From the NCBI GenBank assembly GCA_035419245.1, contig DAOLSP010000006.1, positions 66,758-130,757 on the forward strand: a DNA stretch of 64,000 nucleotides, written 5' to 3'. Every line of letters begins with the position of its first letter. Position 1 is the first letter of the stretch. The notes beneath the pieces are model-generated. The model saw only the letters and a program-made list of their open reading frames with translations, was not told the origin of the DNA and did no database searches. Below, piece after piece: positions 38,784 to 48,124 of the stretch. The translations under genes and the position numbers were made by a program. The DNA comes from a bacterium (GTDB taxonomy: Bacteria; Zhuqueibacterota; Zhuqueibacteria; Residuimicrobiales; Residuimicrobiaceae).

Positions 38784-39761
38784 ATGAAATCAAATGCCAA
38801 ATCCATATTACTGGTCCCGGCGATGATCGCCCTGATCGCGGCCATGACCCTGGTCATCCGCGCTTTTACGGCGAACAAAGTCGTTCTGACCGGCCAGGTT
38901 GAATGCACCGAAGTGGACGTTGCCTCCAAGCTCCCAGGACGGATGGACTCTATTTTTGTGCAGGAAGGATCGCCGGTACGGCGCGGACAGGTGCTGGCGC
39001 GGCTGCAGAGCCGGGAAATCGACGCCAAGGTGGAGCAAGCCCGCGCCCAGATGGCCGCCGCCCGGGCCAAATGGGAGATGGCGCGTCATGGCGCCCGCCC
39101 CGAGGAGAAGGAACAGGCCGCCAAGGGTTATGAGACCGCCAGGCATCAGTTCGAGCTCGCGGAAAAGACCTGGAACCGCATCAGCTCCGTCTATCGCGAC
39201 AGCGTCATCTCGACTCAGGAGCACGATCAAGTCGAATTCCAGTACAAGGCAGCGAAGGAACAGCTCGATGCCGCCCACGCCCGATACCAGATGGTGCTCA
39301 AAGGCGTGCGCAGTGAGGAGATACAGGCTGCCGAGGCGCTCTATCATCAAGCCGAGCAGGGGTTGGCCGAGGCGCTGGCCTATCAAGATGAGACCCTGAT
39401 CAAAAGCCCCTTGGATGGTGAGGTTTTCAAACGGATCAGCGATCCTGGCGAGATCGTCGCCGCCGGTTATCCGATCTTCACGCTGGTCGATCCGAAGGAT
39501 GTTTGGGTGATCCTGCAGGTACGCGAGGACCAGATGGCCTCGATTAGGAAGAATCAGATGATGGAGGTAGTCATTCCAGCTTTGGGCCCTGAGCGACACC
39601 CTTTCAAGGTGACCCAGATCGCCGCGATGGCGGACTTTGCCACCTGGCGCGCTACCAATCAGAAGGGTGACTTTGACATCAAGACTCTTGAAATCCACCT
39701 GCGCCCGCAGAAGGAAATTGCGGGGCTCATTCCGGGCATGACTGCCCGGGTGACGCTGTAA
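38784..39761 (+). CDS. HlyD-family membrane-fusion (periplasmic adaptor) protein
   Basis: N-terminal TM anchor, biotinyl/lipoyl-like hairpin, long coiled coil, beta-barrel domain. 325 aa. Confidence 0.8.
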   Translation: MKSNAKSILLVPAMIALIAAMTLVIRAFTANKVVLTGQVECTEVDVASKLPGRMDSIFVQEGSPVRRGQVLARLQSREIDAKVEQARAQMAAARAKWEMARHGARPEEKEQAAKGYETARHQFELAEKTWNRISSVYRDSVISTQEHDQVEFQYKAAKEQLDAAHARYQMVLKGVRSEEIQAAEALYHQAEQGLAEALAYQDETLIKSPLDGEVFKRISDPGEIVAAGYPIFTLVDPKDVWVILQVREDQMASIRKNQMMEVVIPALGPERHPFKVTQIAAMADFATWRATNQKGDFDIKTLEIHLRPQKEIAGLIPGMTARVTL

Positions 39762-39784
39762 CCGGCCAGAATAGAGAACACCCT

Positions 39785-40993
39785 ATGACAGACTATCTCA
39801 ATGCGGTGCGACGGATCATGGTACGGGAATGGCGCCGGATCGCCAACCGCAAAAATCTCTACCTATTGATGATCATCCTGCCGGTCATCCTCTTTGTCTT
39901 TGTCGCCGCCATCTACCGCAATGAGGTGGTCAAGGCTCTACCCGTGGCGGTGTTGGACGCCGACCAGTCGGAACTCTCACGGAGCCTGGTGCGCGCGGTC
40001 GCTGCCGATCGGCTTTTTCGGATCACCTCCGAAGTGCATTCCCCCGCCGATATCGAGGAGGCGATGCGTGCCGGCCGGATCCAGGGGGCTTTTTACCTGC
40101 CGGAAGGGATGGAGCGGGATATCAAGCAGGGGGTGCCGGCCCGGATGGTCGTCTACCGCAACCATATCAACCTGCTCTCGGGCAACATGATCTACAAGGA
40201 GGCGGCGACGATCGGCCGTATGGCCTCCGCTGCGATTCTTGTCAAAAAACTGGAAGGGCGCGGACTGGGTGCCGGCCAGGCCATGGCCCTCGCCAATCCG
40301 GTCAGTGTGGATACCCAGGCTCTTTTCAACCCCTCCTACAACTATGCCAACTATCTGGTTCCAGGACTGCTGCCGGCCTTCATGCAGATGTTCATCATGC
40401 TGGTGGCGGTGCTGGTGATCTCCGCAGAGTACCACGAAGGGACGCTCGCCGAGCTTTTCGCAGCGGCAGATGGCCATGCCGGGGTGGTATTGCTCGGCAA
40501 ATCCTTACCGCATCTGCTGGTATATGGCGCCATGGCGCTTGGCTTGTTGGGGATTGTCTTCCCGATTTTTCATATTCCCGTGGCGGCCCCGGCCGTGGTC
40601 ATCCTCGGACTCTTCCTGCTCTTCATCGCCGCCTCATTCTTTCTCGGTCTGATGATTTCCTGCCTGGTGCATAACCAGATGCTGGCGACTGAAGTGGCCG
40701 TCTTCATCAACACGCCGGCCTTCATGTTCAGTGGTTATACCTTCCCCCTTTGGGGGATGCCAGTCATCCACCGCGCCTTTGCACAGATCATGCCCTTCAC
40801 CCATTTCCTTACCGGATTCATCAAACTCTATCAGATGGGCGCGCCACTGCACAGCCTGCGCAATGAGGTGATGATCCTAGCGCTGTTCGTCGCCGTGCCT
40901 GCGGCAGTCAGCTGGACTTTGCTTCACTACCATTGCCGTCACCTTCCGGTGCTGCAGTCGGAGCAGCAAAGCGGAAAAGGAGGCATGCTATGA
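39785..40993 (+). CDS. ABC-2 family permease (no ATPase domain)
   Basis: 402 aa. One N-terminal TM, a large periplasmic loop, then about five C-terminal TMs: YhhJ/ABC-2 topology. No Walker motifs. Confidence 0.75.
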   Translation: MTDYLNAVRRIMVREWRRIANRKNLYLLMIILPVILFVFVAAIYRNEVVKALPVAVLDADQSELSRSLVRAVAADRLFRITSEVHSPADIEEAMRAGRIQGAFYLPEGMERDIKQGVPARMVVYRNHINLLSGNMIYKEAATIGRMASAAILVKKLEGRGLGAGQAMALANPVSVDTQALFNPSYNYANYLVPGLLPAFMQMFIMLVAVLVISAEYHEGTLAELFAAADGHAGVVLLGKSLPHLLVYGAMALGLLGIVFPIFHIPVAAPAVVILGLFLLFIAASFFLGLMISCLVHNQMLATEVAVFINTPAFMFSGYTFPLWGMPVIHRAFAQIMPFTHFLTGFIKLYQMGAPLHSLRNEVMILALFVAVPAAVSWTLLHYHCRHLPVLQSEQQSGKGGML

Positions 40994-42180
40994 TCCAGTC
41001 CAAGATCCATGGCTGGTGGTCGGTCGTGCGCCGGGAGGTCCGCCGTATCCACAGTGATACCAACATCTTTGTGGTGATTCTGCTCGCGCCGCTATTTTAT
41101 GCCTTCTTCTATGGCTCCATCTACAGTCTGAAGAGTGAATGGGATGTGCCCATTGCCATTGTGGATCAGGACCATTCGCAGGTGGCGCGCGACCTGATCC
41201 GCTACCTCGACAGCAGCAAGCTGGTGCGCATTGCTGAACAGCCTGCCACCTATGCCGAAGCGGTTGCGGGGCTCATGGAGATGCGGGTTCATGGCATCGT
41301 CTATATCCCGGAGGATTTTAGCGTGCAGATTAAAAGAGGCCGCACCGCGCATCTTCCGGTGTATCTCAATACCAGCCGCTTTCTCATCGCCAATGACATC
41401 AGCAAGGCCGTCGCCGAGGTCAGCGGTACCCTGGCGGGCGGGATCCGGTTGCACTTCTTTGAGAGTGCAGGTTTCAGCCGGGCGCAGGCACTCGAAATGA
41501 TCGAACCCCTGGAGGTCGAGCACAAGGCGCTTTTTAACCCGACCGACAGCTATGGTGATTTTCTTATCCCCGGACTGCTGGTGATGATTCTCCAGCAGAC
41601 CCTGCTCATCGGGCTCGCCGAGAGTGTGGCCAAGGAGCGTGAATTTGGCACACTGGGTGAGCTCTACCGGATTTCCGGCAAGAGCACCTGGGCGGTGATG
41701 AGCGGCAAGGGATTCTTTTATCTCGTCCTCTATCTGGCCTATGCCTTCTTTTTCTATGGCTCTCTTTTTGCGCTTTTCAGGATCCCTTTCCGCGGCAGCA
41801 TCACGGCATTGGCGCTGTTGACGGTGCTCTTTTTACTCGCTGTGATTTATTTCAGCCTCTTTATCTCCTCCTTTTTCGGCAAAAAGATCGTCGCCATGCA
41901 GTTCTTCGTCTTCACCTCCTACCCCCTGTTCCTGCTCTCCGGATACAGCTGGCCGCTGGATTCCATGCCCTGGGCGGTGCGAAGCTTCAGTCAGCTGTTA
42001 CCCTGCACCCCCTATTTACAGGCCTTTGTCCGGATCACACAAATGGGCGCGGGATGGCGGCATGTCAGCGGGGAGTTCCTCCATCTCGCTCTGTTGACGC
42101 TCATCGGGCTGGCTGTGGCGCGCTGGAGGATACGGGGGCAGCTGCGCGGCGTCTTCTATGAAAAAAAGAGCCAGGATTAG
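40990..42180 (+). CDS. ABC-2 family permease, paralog (no ATPase domain)
   Basis: AAGGAGG RBS. ATG overlaps the upstream stop (ATGA). Same topology as the preceding gene. The ORF track shows a 19-codon N-terminal extension. Confidence 0.75.
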   Translation: MIQSKIHGWWSVVRREVRRIHSDTNIFVVILLAPLFYAFFYGSIYSLKSEWDVPIAIVDQDHSQVARDLIRYLDSSKLVRIAEQPATYAEAVAGLMEMRVHGIVYIPEDFSVQIKRGRTAHLPVYLNTSRFLIANDISKAVAEVSGTLAGGIRLHFFESAGFSRAQALEMIEPLEVEHKALFNPTDSYGDFLIPGLLVMILQQTLLIGLAESVAKEREFGTLGELYRISGKSTWAVMSGKGFFYLVLYLAYAFFFYGSLFALFRIPFRGSITALALLTVLFLLAVIYFSLFISSFFGKKIVAMQFFVFTSYPLFLLSGYSWPLDSMPWAVRSFSQLLPCTPYLQAFVRITQMGAGWRHVSGEFLHLALLTLIGLAVARWRIRGQLRGVFYEKKSQD

Positions 42181-42198
42181 TTCTTATGGGGTGTGCTC

Positions 42199-42240
42199 GG
42201 CCGGTGATTGCGGGATCGCAGTCACCGGCCTTTTCTTTTA
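42199..42240. terminator. Bidirectional terminator between the efflux operon (+) and the minus-strand operon
   Basis: GGCCGGTGAttgcgggatcgcagTCACCGGCC followed by ttttctttt. Confidence 0.7.
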
Positions 42241-42927
42241 AAAGCAGGTTTGCAGGGAGAAGAGGCAGCGGGGCTGGAAGACCCCATCGCCGAAGTGCAG
42301 GTTAAAGTGTGTGTGACTGGCGAGGTTTTTATTGTGGCGGTTGACGCTCCAGACCGCATCTATGGCGCTGACCAGGTGGTTGGCGAGGATAGCGCCGAGA
42401 ACGAAGGTGGAGCGGTTGCGCGCCTTCTCGGAGGCGATGCGTATCTGGTCGAAATGGGCCTTGTTGGCGGCCGTGTCCCATTTCCAGTAATAGCGCGCCG
42501 TGTCCTGATAATAGTCCTCCAGATTACGCTGGCGCAGCTTGGCGGCGTTATACTGGCCGATATCGGCATAGTTGCCGATATTGGTGTAATAGGTATCGTT
42601 CTTGCCCTTCGGATCCACTCCGGCATGCCGGGCGGCGAAACTCTCATATTCATCACGCCGCCAGCCGGAATAGGTCACAAAGCCAGTATAGCCCAGCCAC
42701 AAGCTGATCTCGGTCCCGAGAAAGATGTAGGATTTGGTGGTTGCATCGGCGTAGCGCTCACCGAGCCCGGGCAGCAGGAAAGAGAGCATCATGGCCTTGC
42801 CCCTGGACTTGGCGGCGAGTGCCAGCGGATCGCTCGTCTCCTCCTGCATGGCGAATCCGCCGCTGATGCCCTGCGGCGCCGCGGCCAAAAGTAAAGCCAT
42901 ACCGATCCAGAATGCGATTCGCTTCAT
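42238..42927 (-). CDS. Secreted hypothetical protein, paralog of the next gene
   Basis: Signal peptide MKRIAFWIGMALLLAAAPQG. Shares blocks with 42933..43754: LLPGLGERY vs IVPGAGQVY; LWLGYTGF vs SWYLYSGY; LANHLVSAIDAVWSVNRHN vs LNHMTSALEAAFSVSRHN. Confidence 0.6.
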   Translation of the reverse strand: MKRIAFWIGMALLLAAAPQGISGGFAMQEETSDPLALAAKSRGKAMMLSFLLPGLGERYADATTKSYIFLGTEISLWLGYTGFVTYSGWRRDEYESFAARHAGVDPKGKNDTYYTNIGNYADIGQYNAAKLRQRNLEDYYQDTARYYWKWDTAANKAHFDQIRIASEKARNRSTFVLGAILANHLVSAIDAVWSVNRHNKNLASHTHFNLHFGDGVFQPRCLFSLQTCF

Positions 42928-42932
42928 AGGGC

Positions 42933-43754
42933 TCACCAATCTACGCGAAGAGTGAGCGCGCTGTAGTGCTTCTGGTCCATCTGCCGCGGCTCGAAATAGA
43001 GACGGGCCTCGGCGACTTCCCGGTTATGCCGGCTGACGCTAAACGCCGCTTCGAGGGCGCTGGTCATATGGTTGAGGATGACCACGGTCAGGCAGGTCGT
43101 TGCGTGCTTGAAATTCCGGTTGCTGGCGTCGCGACGGGTTTCGTAATAGAGCCGCCGCGGCGACCGAATCTGATCCTTGAGATAAGTCATCTTGTCCGTT
43201 GGACTCGGGGTGGTCGTATAAATGTCATTCCAGCCATAGTTGAACTGGTTATACTTGCCGATCATTTCGTAGTACTGCTGGTCTTTGGTCAAATGCAGAC
43301 CATGGCTGAAATTGAGGTGTTCCCACTCGCGCAGCGCTTCGATATCGCCGACTGGTTTGCCGGACATCGAGGCAATGGCTTGCCAGTATTTTTCTTCGCT
43401 CCAGTTGGAATCGGCATACTTTTCATATTCGTCCTCGATATCCTGACCCTTGCCCTGATACCCACTGTAGAGATACCAGCTCGCCGCTTCGACGGCGAGG
43501 AAGCCGAGGGCTTTGAGGTAGGAGCCGTCGTAAACCTGGCCGGCGCCCGGAACGATAGCGGAGAACAGGAGGGCTTTGCCGGGTTTTTTGAGGGCGACAT
43601 AGGCGTCCGCGGACTCGGCCGTCGAGTCTTGCAGCATGGCGGTATCGGCCAGGGCCAGCCGGGTACGCGGGCTATCGAGGATGAAATCCTGCCAATCTCC
43701 TGCTTGTGCGACGGCCGCCAGCGCCAGGAGGGCGGCCAGAAAGACCTTCTTCAT
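42933..43754 (-). CDS. Secreted hypothetical protein, paralog
   Basis: GGAAGGGAG RBS. Signal peptide MKKVFLAALLALAAVAQAG. Blocks shared with the preceding gene (see 42238..42927). Confidence 0.65.
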   Translation of the reverse strand: MKKVFLAALLALAAVAQAGDWQDFILDSPRTRLALADTAMLQDSTAESADAYVALKKPGKALLFSAIVPGAGQVYDGSYLKALGFLAVEAASWYLYSGYQGKGQDIEDEYEKYADSNWSEEKYWQAIASMSGKPVGDIEALREWEHLNFSHGLHLTKDQQYYEMIGKYNQFNYGWNDIYTTTPSPTDKMTYLKDQIRSPRRLYYETRRDASNRNFKHATTCLTVVILNHMTSALEAAFSVSRHNREVAEARLYFEPRQMDQKHYSALTLRVDW

Positions 43755-43771
43755 CTGCAACTCCCTTCCGA

Positions 43772-46700
43772 TCAATCCATAAAGTCAAACAAGGCCATCA
43801 GGTAGTACCGCCATTCGCGGCCGTACTGCTGTCCGCCGTTCTCGACGCGGTCCAGCCCATAGGCGGCCTCGAAGGAGAGGGCGGTCGGGAAACCATAAAA
43901 GGAGAAAGCACCTGCGCGCAAGGAGCCGCCGATGGCGCGTTTGAAGCGGTTGAGATCCACACGGTCCGCATCAAACGCGTTGCCATAGTCGAAAAAGGCG
44001 CCCAGGACGAGATTATCCCCGGTCAAGTGCAGGAACTGCTTCTGGAAGCCGGTCAGCACGGGAAGTCGGTAGGTGAAGCGGCCGATAAGCATCTTGCGTC
44101 CCTCGATGCTGTAATAGGGGTAGCCGCGCAATCCGGGGAGGCCGCCGGCAAAAAAATTAAAAAAGCTGTCGACTGGACGATCGATCCAGCCCGCCTGGAG
44201 GTTGGCGGAGAGGCCATGCCGGTGTGCCCAGGGCGCCGGCAGATACTCGTGCCAGTTCACTTCCAGCTTGTGGTAGTTGTAATGGGCATAAACCTCCTGA
44301 AGCGTGCCGTAGCTGTTGTCGGTAGCGAAATCCTCGAAAAAGCGGTTGCGCTCGTATCCATAGCGCACCTCAGCCTTGCGGCCCAACCGTGGGTTGATGC
44401 CGGAGGTCACTCCGGGGGCTACTGCGGAGAGATTCCAGGTGGCGGAGAACTGGTTGCCGATGAAATAGGTGTTCGCCGGCGAGACCCAGTCGATTCCCTT
44501 GAAGAAGAAATTGCCGATCTTGCTGGTGTAGCGGCTGTGGGCAAAAGCAGCGCGCAGGGTTTGCCCCTCCGCGAGATTGATCCGGCCGCCAAGATCGGCT
44601 TCGAGGATATTGAAGCGGATATCCACCCCGGCCTTGATAGGATAATCCTCAATGACCTCGATATCGCGCTTGATGTGTCGCGAGAAGGCGTAGAGCTCGA
44701 CGAAGAGGGTGGGTTTAAAACGGCGCATTTCTGCGATTGCAAAGGCATCGAGATCCATCTGCTTGTTGAGGGTCGCGCCGCCGAAAATGGAGTAACGGTC
44801 GAGGATGTCGCTGGCCGCGAAATAGCTGCCGAGTTTAAGGGTCTTGTAGTCGATCATCGCCCGCGGGAGCAGGGAGATCTGGCCGTAGGTCATCTCGTAG
44901 GGCTCGGCCTTGTATTCGGGCAGGCGGGTATCGTCGTAATCGCGCAGGGCCATCAGGTCGGCGGGGGTTTCCGACTCGGTCAATCCCAGTTCGTCCGCGT
45001 TGTCCGCTTGGGGATAGCGGGCCCACGTTGCAGGTACGGGCTTCGCGCTGCGCAACCGGGCGATCTTGTAGCCGTCGTGCTGAAATTCCGACCAGGCCAG
45101 GTCCCCTGTGCTTGCAACGGTGGGCATAAAAGCCCCGCCTGCTGTATTGGTCCACAGCTGCAAATCACCGCCGTCGGGCCGAATGCTGTAGATATTGAAA
45201 ATGCCGCTCTTGTCCCAGGCAAAGTAGATCCGCTGGCCGTCGGGAGCATAAACGGGATCGCGGGCATCGCCACCCTCGGCCACCAGGGCATGGCGTTCAC
45301 CGGTCGCGACATCGAGCAGAACCAACTCCCGCCCGTGGCGGTTCGCCTGGGAGTAGACGATCGACCGGCCATCCGGCGAGAAGCGGGGTGAATTGACCGC
45401 CTCGCCCTCGCTGAAGGTGGTCAACGGGCGGATCAATGCTCCCTCGGCATCCAGGAGCACCAGATTATCGGTGCCGTCCTTCTGCACGGCGCAAACGATG
45501 CTCCGGCCATCCGGCGCCAGATCGGGGGCAAAAGCGCGCATCCGCCGGGTGAGCCGTTTTTCCTTGCCGCTGTTGAGATCGTACCGAAAGAGGTCGCTGA
45601 GATGGGAACCGTACCGGCCGCGCTCGATGCGGCAGTAATAGAGCGACCGGCCGTCCGGGCTCCAGGCGAGCTGACTGTTAACACCGCGCTTGAGTACCTT
45701 TTTTTTGCCTGTGATGGCATCATAGAGGCAGAGATGGGTGAGGCTGAGGTAATCGTTGGCTTCGCTGCCGCAGAAAGCGAGCTGTTTGCCGTCCGGTGAC
45801 CAGGCAGCACCGGTGTTGCCCAATCCCTTGGGAGTGAGAATCTCGATCGCGACGCGATGGGAGTCGATGACCGCCAGGCGCTGGGCGTAATAACGCTGCA
45901 TCTGCGCCTGCCACTGCTGATACAGGCTCTCGCCATCCAGGCCGGTCACCTCCTTTAGGGCGCCATTCGCGGTGAAAGAGAGCGGGCTCGAGAGGCCTTC
46001 GCTCAGCTTTCGCAACGCCTCGCGGCCGTGTTGCCGGACGATGTACCGGATCAAGGCATAGCCGGAATTATAGGTTCGTTCGTTACCCAAGCTGGTCTTG
46101 CCAAAAACGCCCATCTCGTCATAGGTCAGCGCCTTGCCGGCAGTGATGGCGGTGCGGATGAGCATGTCCCGATGGCTGTCCCAGAGATCGTACTGGAGAC
46201 CGGGGATCTGCATCTGGGCCATGCCTTCGGCTATCCACATCGGCACGGCGGTCATGGCGATGGGATAGGAGGCGATGATATTGGGATAGCCATAAAGGAC
46301 ATCCTCGCGCTTTTCCGGTTCGTAGCTGAACATCTGCAGATAGAGGGCGGGGATCTTGCGGGGCATCTTGCGCGCCGCCCCGAGCGAGATCATGTGACTG
46401 AATTCGTGGGTGACGACGTTGCGCAGCCAGTCGTGGGTGCCGCGCAGGATGAAGGTCATTTGTGGCGACCAAATCTCGACCTTGTTGTCGTAGTAAAAGG
46501 CGGCGCCGTTAGAGTTGTCGTCGTAATCCTTGACAATGAAATGGATCAATCCGTTCGGGCGGTATCGATAGAGCGTGGTGATCGGTCCATAAATCTCCTC
46601 GGCCACTTTAGCGACCGTGCGGGCCGTGCGCTCGGCGCCTTCATGGAAATGAACCTCAAAGTGCTCGGTCCGGATCGTATACCAATCCAGTTCGGGATGG

Positions 46701-46825
46701 TTGATGGGCTCCTCCTGGCCGAAGAGCAGGGATGCAGGAAGCAATATCAGCAGCAGACAGGTTATGAGGAGATCTCGGTTTCTAGTGCGTCTCATTTTTG
46801 AAAGTACCCTGGGGTCATGTGCCAT
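43772..46825 (-). CDS. Large exported fusion protein: peptidase-MA-like zinc metalloprotease, TolB-like beta-propeller, Omp85-like beta-barrel
   Basis: Signal peptide (from the MRRTRNRDLLITCLLLILLPASLLFGQ start at 46795, or the upstream ATG at 46825). HEFSHM zinc motif with downstream WIAEGMAQ. Repeated SPDGK/SPDGR/APDGR propeller blades. C-terminal ~400 aa with FAGGLPGLRGYPYY…GRFTYRLPV and LGAFFDYGNAF motifs resembling the Omp85/Bac_surface_Ag barrel. No POTRA-like segment. Confidence 0.7.
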   Translation of the reverse strand: MAHDPRVLSKMRRTRNRDLLITCLLLILLPASLLFGQEEPINHPELDWYTIRTEHFEVHFHEGAERTARTVAKVAEEIYGPITTLYRYRPNGLIHFIVKDYDDNSNGAAFYYDNKVEIWSPQMTFILRGTHDWLRNVVTHEFSHMISLGAARKMPRKIPALYLQMFSYEPEKREDVLYGYPNIIASYPIAMTAVPMWIAEGMAQMQIPGLQYDLWDSHRDMLIRTAITAGKALTYDEMGVFGKTSLGNERTYNSGYALIRYIVRQHGREALRKLSEGLSSPLSFTANGALKEVTGLDGESLYQQWQAQMQRYYAQRLAVIDSHRVAIEILTPKGLGNTGAAWSPDGKQLAFCGSEANDYLSLTHLCLYDAITGKKKVLKRGVNSQLAWSPDGRSLYYCRIERGRYGSHLSDLFRYDLNSGKEKRLTRRMRAFAPDLAPDGRSIVCAVQKDGTDNLVLLDAEGALIRPLTTFSEGEAVNSPRFSPDGRSIVYSQANRHGRELVLLDVATGERHALVAEGGDARDPVYAPDGQRIYFAWDKSGIFNIYSIRPDGGDLQLWTNTAGGAFMPTVASTGDLAWSEFQHDGYKIARLRSAKPVPATWARYPQADNADELGLTESETPADLMALRDYDDTRLPEYKAEPYEMTYGQISLLPRAMIDYKTLKLGSYFAASDILDRYSIFGGATLNKQMDLDAFAIAEMRRFKPTLFVELYAFSRHIKRDIEVIEDYPIKAGVDIRFNILEADLGGRINLAEGQTLRAAFAHSRYTSKIGNFFFKGIDWVSPANTYFIGNQFSATWNLSAVAPGVTSGINPRLGRKAEVRYGYERNRFFEDFATDNSYGTLQEVYAHYNYHKLEVNWHEYLPAPWAHRHGLSANLQAGWIDRPVDSFFNFFAGGLPGLRGYPYYSIEGRKMLIGRFTYRLPVLTGFQKQFLHLTGDNLVLGAFFDYGNAFDADRVDLNRFKRAIGGSLRAGAFSFYGFPTALSFEAAYGLDRVENGGQQYGREWRYYLMALFDFMD

Positions 46826-46831
46826 TGTGCT

Positions 46832-48085
46832 CTAGTCAAGTATCGGGAAGCCACTCAGCTTCAAGAGATAGCTGTTAAAGGTCTGGCCGGTGAAGGGATA
46901 CTGTGCGTCCTTTTCATATTCCGCATGGTGTTTTTCAAAGGAAATTCGGCTCAAGATGCGCCCCCATCTCGTATTGTCCCGCTTGAATATCACGGCGGCG
47001 ATACGCAGCGGTTGGAGAAAACTGATACCATACCCTGAAGTCCCCGCGCTGGCCCTGCCTGCGATATCCTCATAGGTGCCAGAACGCAGAAAATAGAAAT
47101 CGGCGAGATTGATCTCGTGGCCGCATTTCCGGACAGTGCCGGAATTGGCCTTGCCCCGTACCACGTTATCCCAGAAGCGAAGATCCGGCGGTGCGTCGAG
47201 ATAGCGGAATGAGCCATCCCGATCGCGTTCAAGCAGCAGGTCATCCATTTCCCGGCTCCAGCTGAACCCGGCGAGGATCAGACCGCGATAGCGCACTCCT
47301 GCCTGGAGATTGAGGCCCATGCTGAGGGTGCGGGGCAGAGGATCAGCCTGGGCGGCATCGATATAGACGACTTTATCGCCGATATTGGTCTTGCTGTAAT
47401 AAAAGCCGGGATCGAGCCAGAAATCAAAAACTGGCGTGAGTCCGGGCTTGAGCACTCCGGTTTTCCGCCCCATTTCAACCAACGGCGCTTGCAGCATCAG
47501 GCCCCAGTCTTTGGCATCCAGTTGCGCTTCGGCCGCTGCGCTGAGAGGGGCGAGATGAGAATTCACTCTTTTCCAGGTGAAACCCAGGCTCACCCGGAGG
47601 AAATAATCCACCGCCAAAGCCAGGCTTGTGCCTTCGCTGTTTTCGAAACCGAAAGAGGACTCTATGGGTTCCGGGCTCGATTCGCTGGTCCGGTAGAGGA
47701 TCCCCAGATCCAGCGCAACCTTGGTACGGGCGACACCGATCGAGATCGGGATCCGGCTGAATTGCCTCAGGTTGATGCCTATCGCGGTCGCCTGCGCATC
47801 ATAGGTCATGTCCCCGCCGAGTTGCGGAAGCCAGGCGATTTCCTCCGGATAGTACTCCTGGCCGAAAAAATGATGCCGGCCGAAAAGTCCTAGGGCGGCC
47901 GGATTCATGATCGCAGCCATCGGCGATGTTGTGGCTGCCGCACCATAGCTCGAACCCATAGCAATGGCTTGCGGAGAAGGCGAAATGGTCAAAAAGAGGC
48001 AGGCCGTCGCTTCCGAGACGGCAAGAGCCCGGCAGCAGTTCACACCAAGAATCAGGATCACCATTCCTGCGGCTCTGTGTTTCAT
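46832..48085 (-). CDS. FadL-superfamily outer-membrane beta-barrel (PorV/PorQ-like)
   Basis: Signal peptide. N-terminal LFLTISPSPQAIAMGSSYGAAATTSPMAAIMNPAALG motif (FadL/PorV hatch with NPA). 417 aa. Ends 6 nt before the fusion-protein ORF begins. Confidence 0.7.
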   Translation of the reverse strand: MKHRAAGMVILILGVNCCRALAVSEATACLFLTISPSPQAIAMGSSYGAAATTSPMAAIMNPAALGLFGRHHFFGQEYYPEEIAWLPQLGGDMTYDAQATAIGINLRQFSRIPISIGVARTKVALDLGILYRTSESSPEPIESSFGFENSEGTSLALAVDYFLRVSLGFTWKRVNSHLAPLSAAAEAQLDAKDWGLMLQAPLVEMGRKTGVLKPGLTPVFDFWLDPGFYYSKTNIGDKVVYIDAAQADPLPRTLSMGLNLQAGVRYRGLILAGFSWSREMDDLLLERDRDGSFRYLDAPPDLRFWDNVVRGKANSGTVRKCGHEINLADFYFLRSGTYEDIAGRASAGTSGYGISFLQPLRIAAVIFKRDNTRWGRILSRISFEKHHAEYEKDAQYPFTGQTFNSYLLKLSGFPILD

Positions 48086-48124
48086 ACAGACTTCCCCTGA
48101 CAGGTCAAATCCAGACTCTCCCGC

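Noticed and set aside
43706-45391. 561-aa plus-strand ORF antisense to the Omp85-like fusion gene
   Set aside because: Antisense artefact; Gly/Ala/Val-rich with no features.
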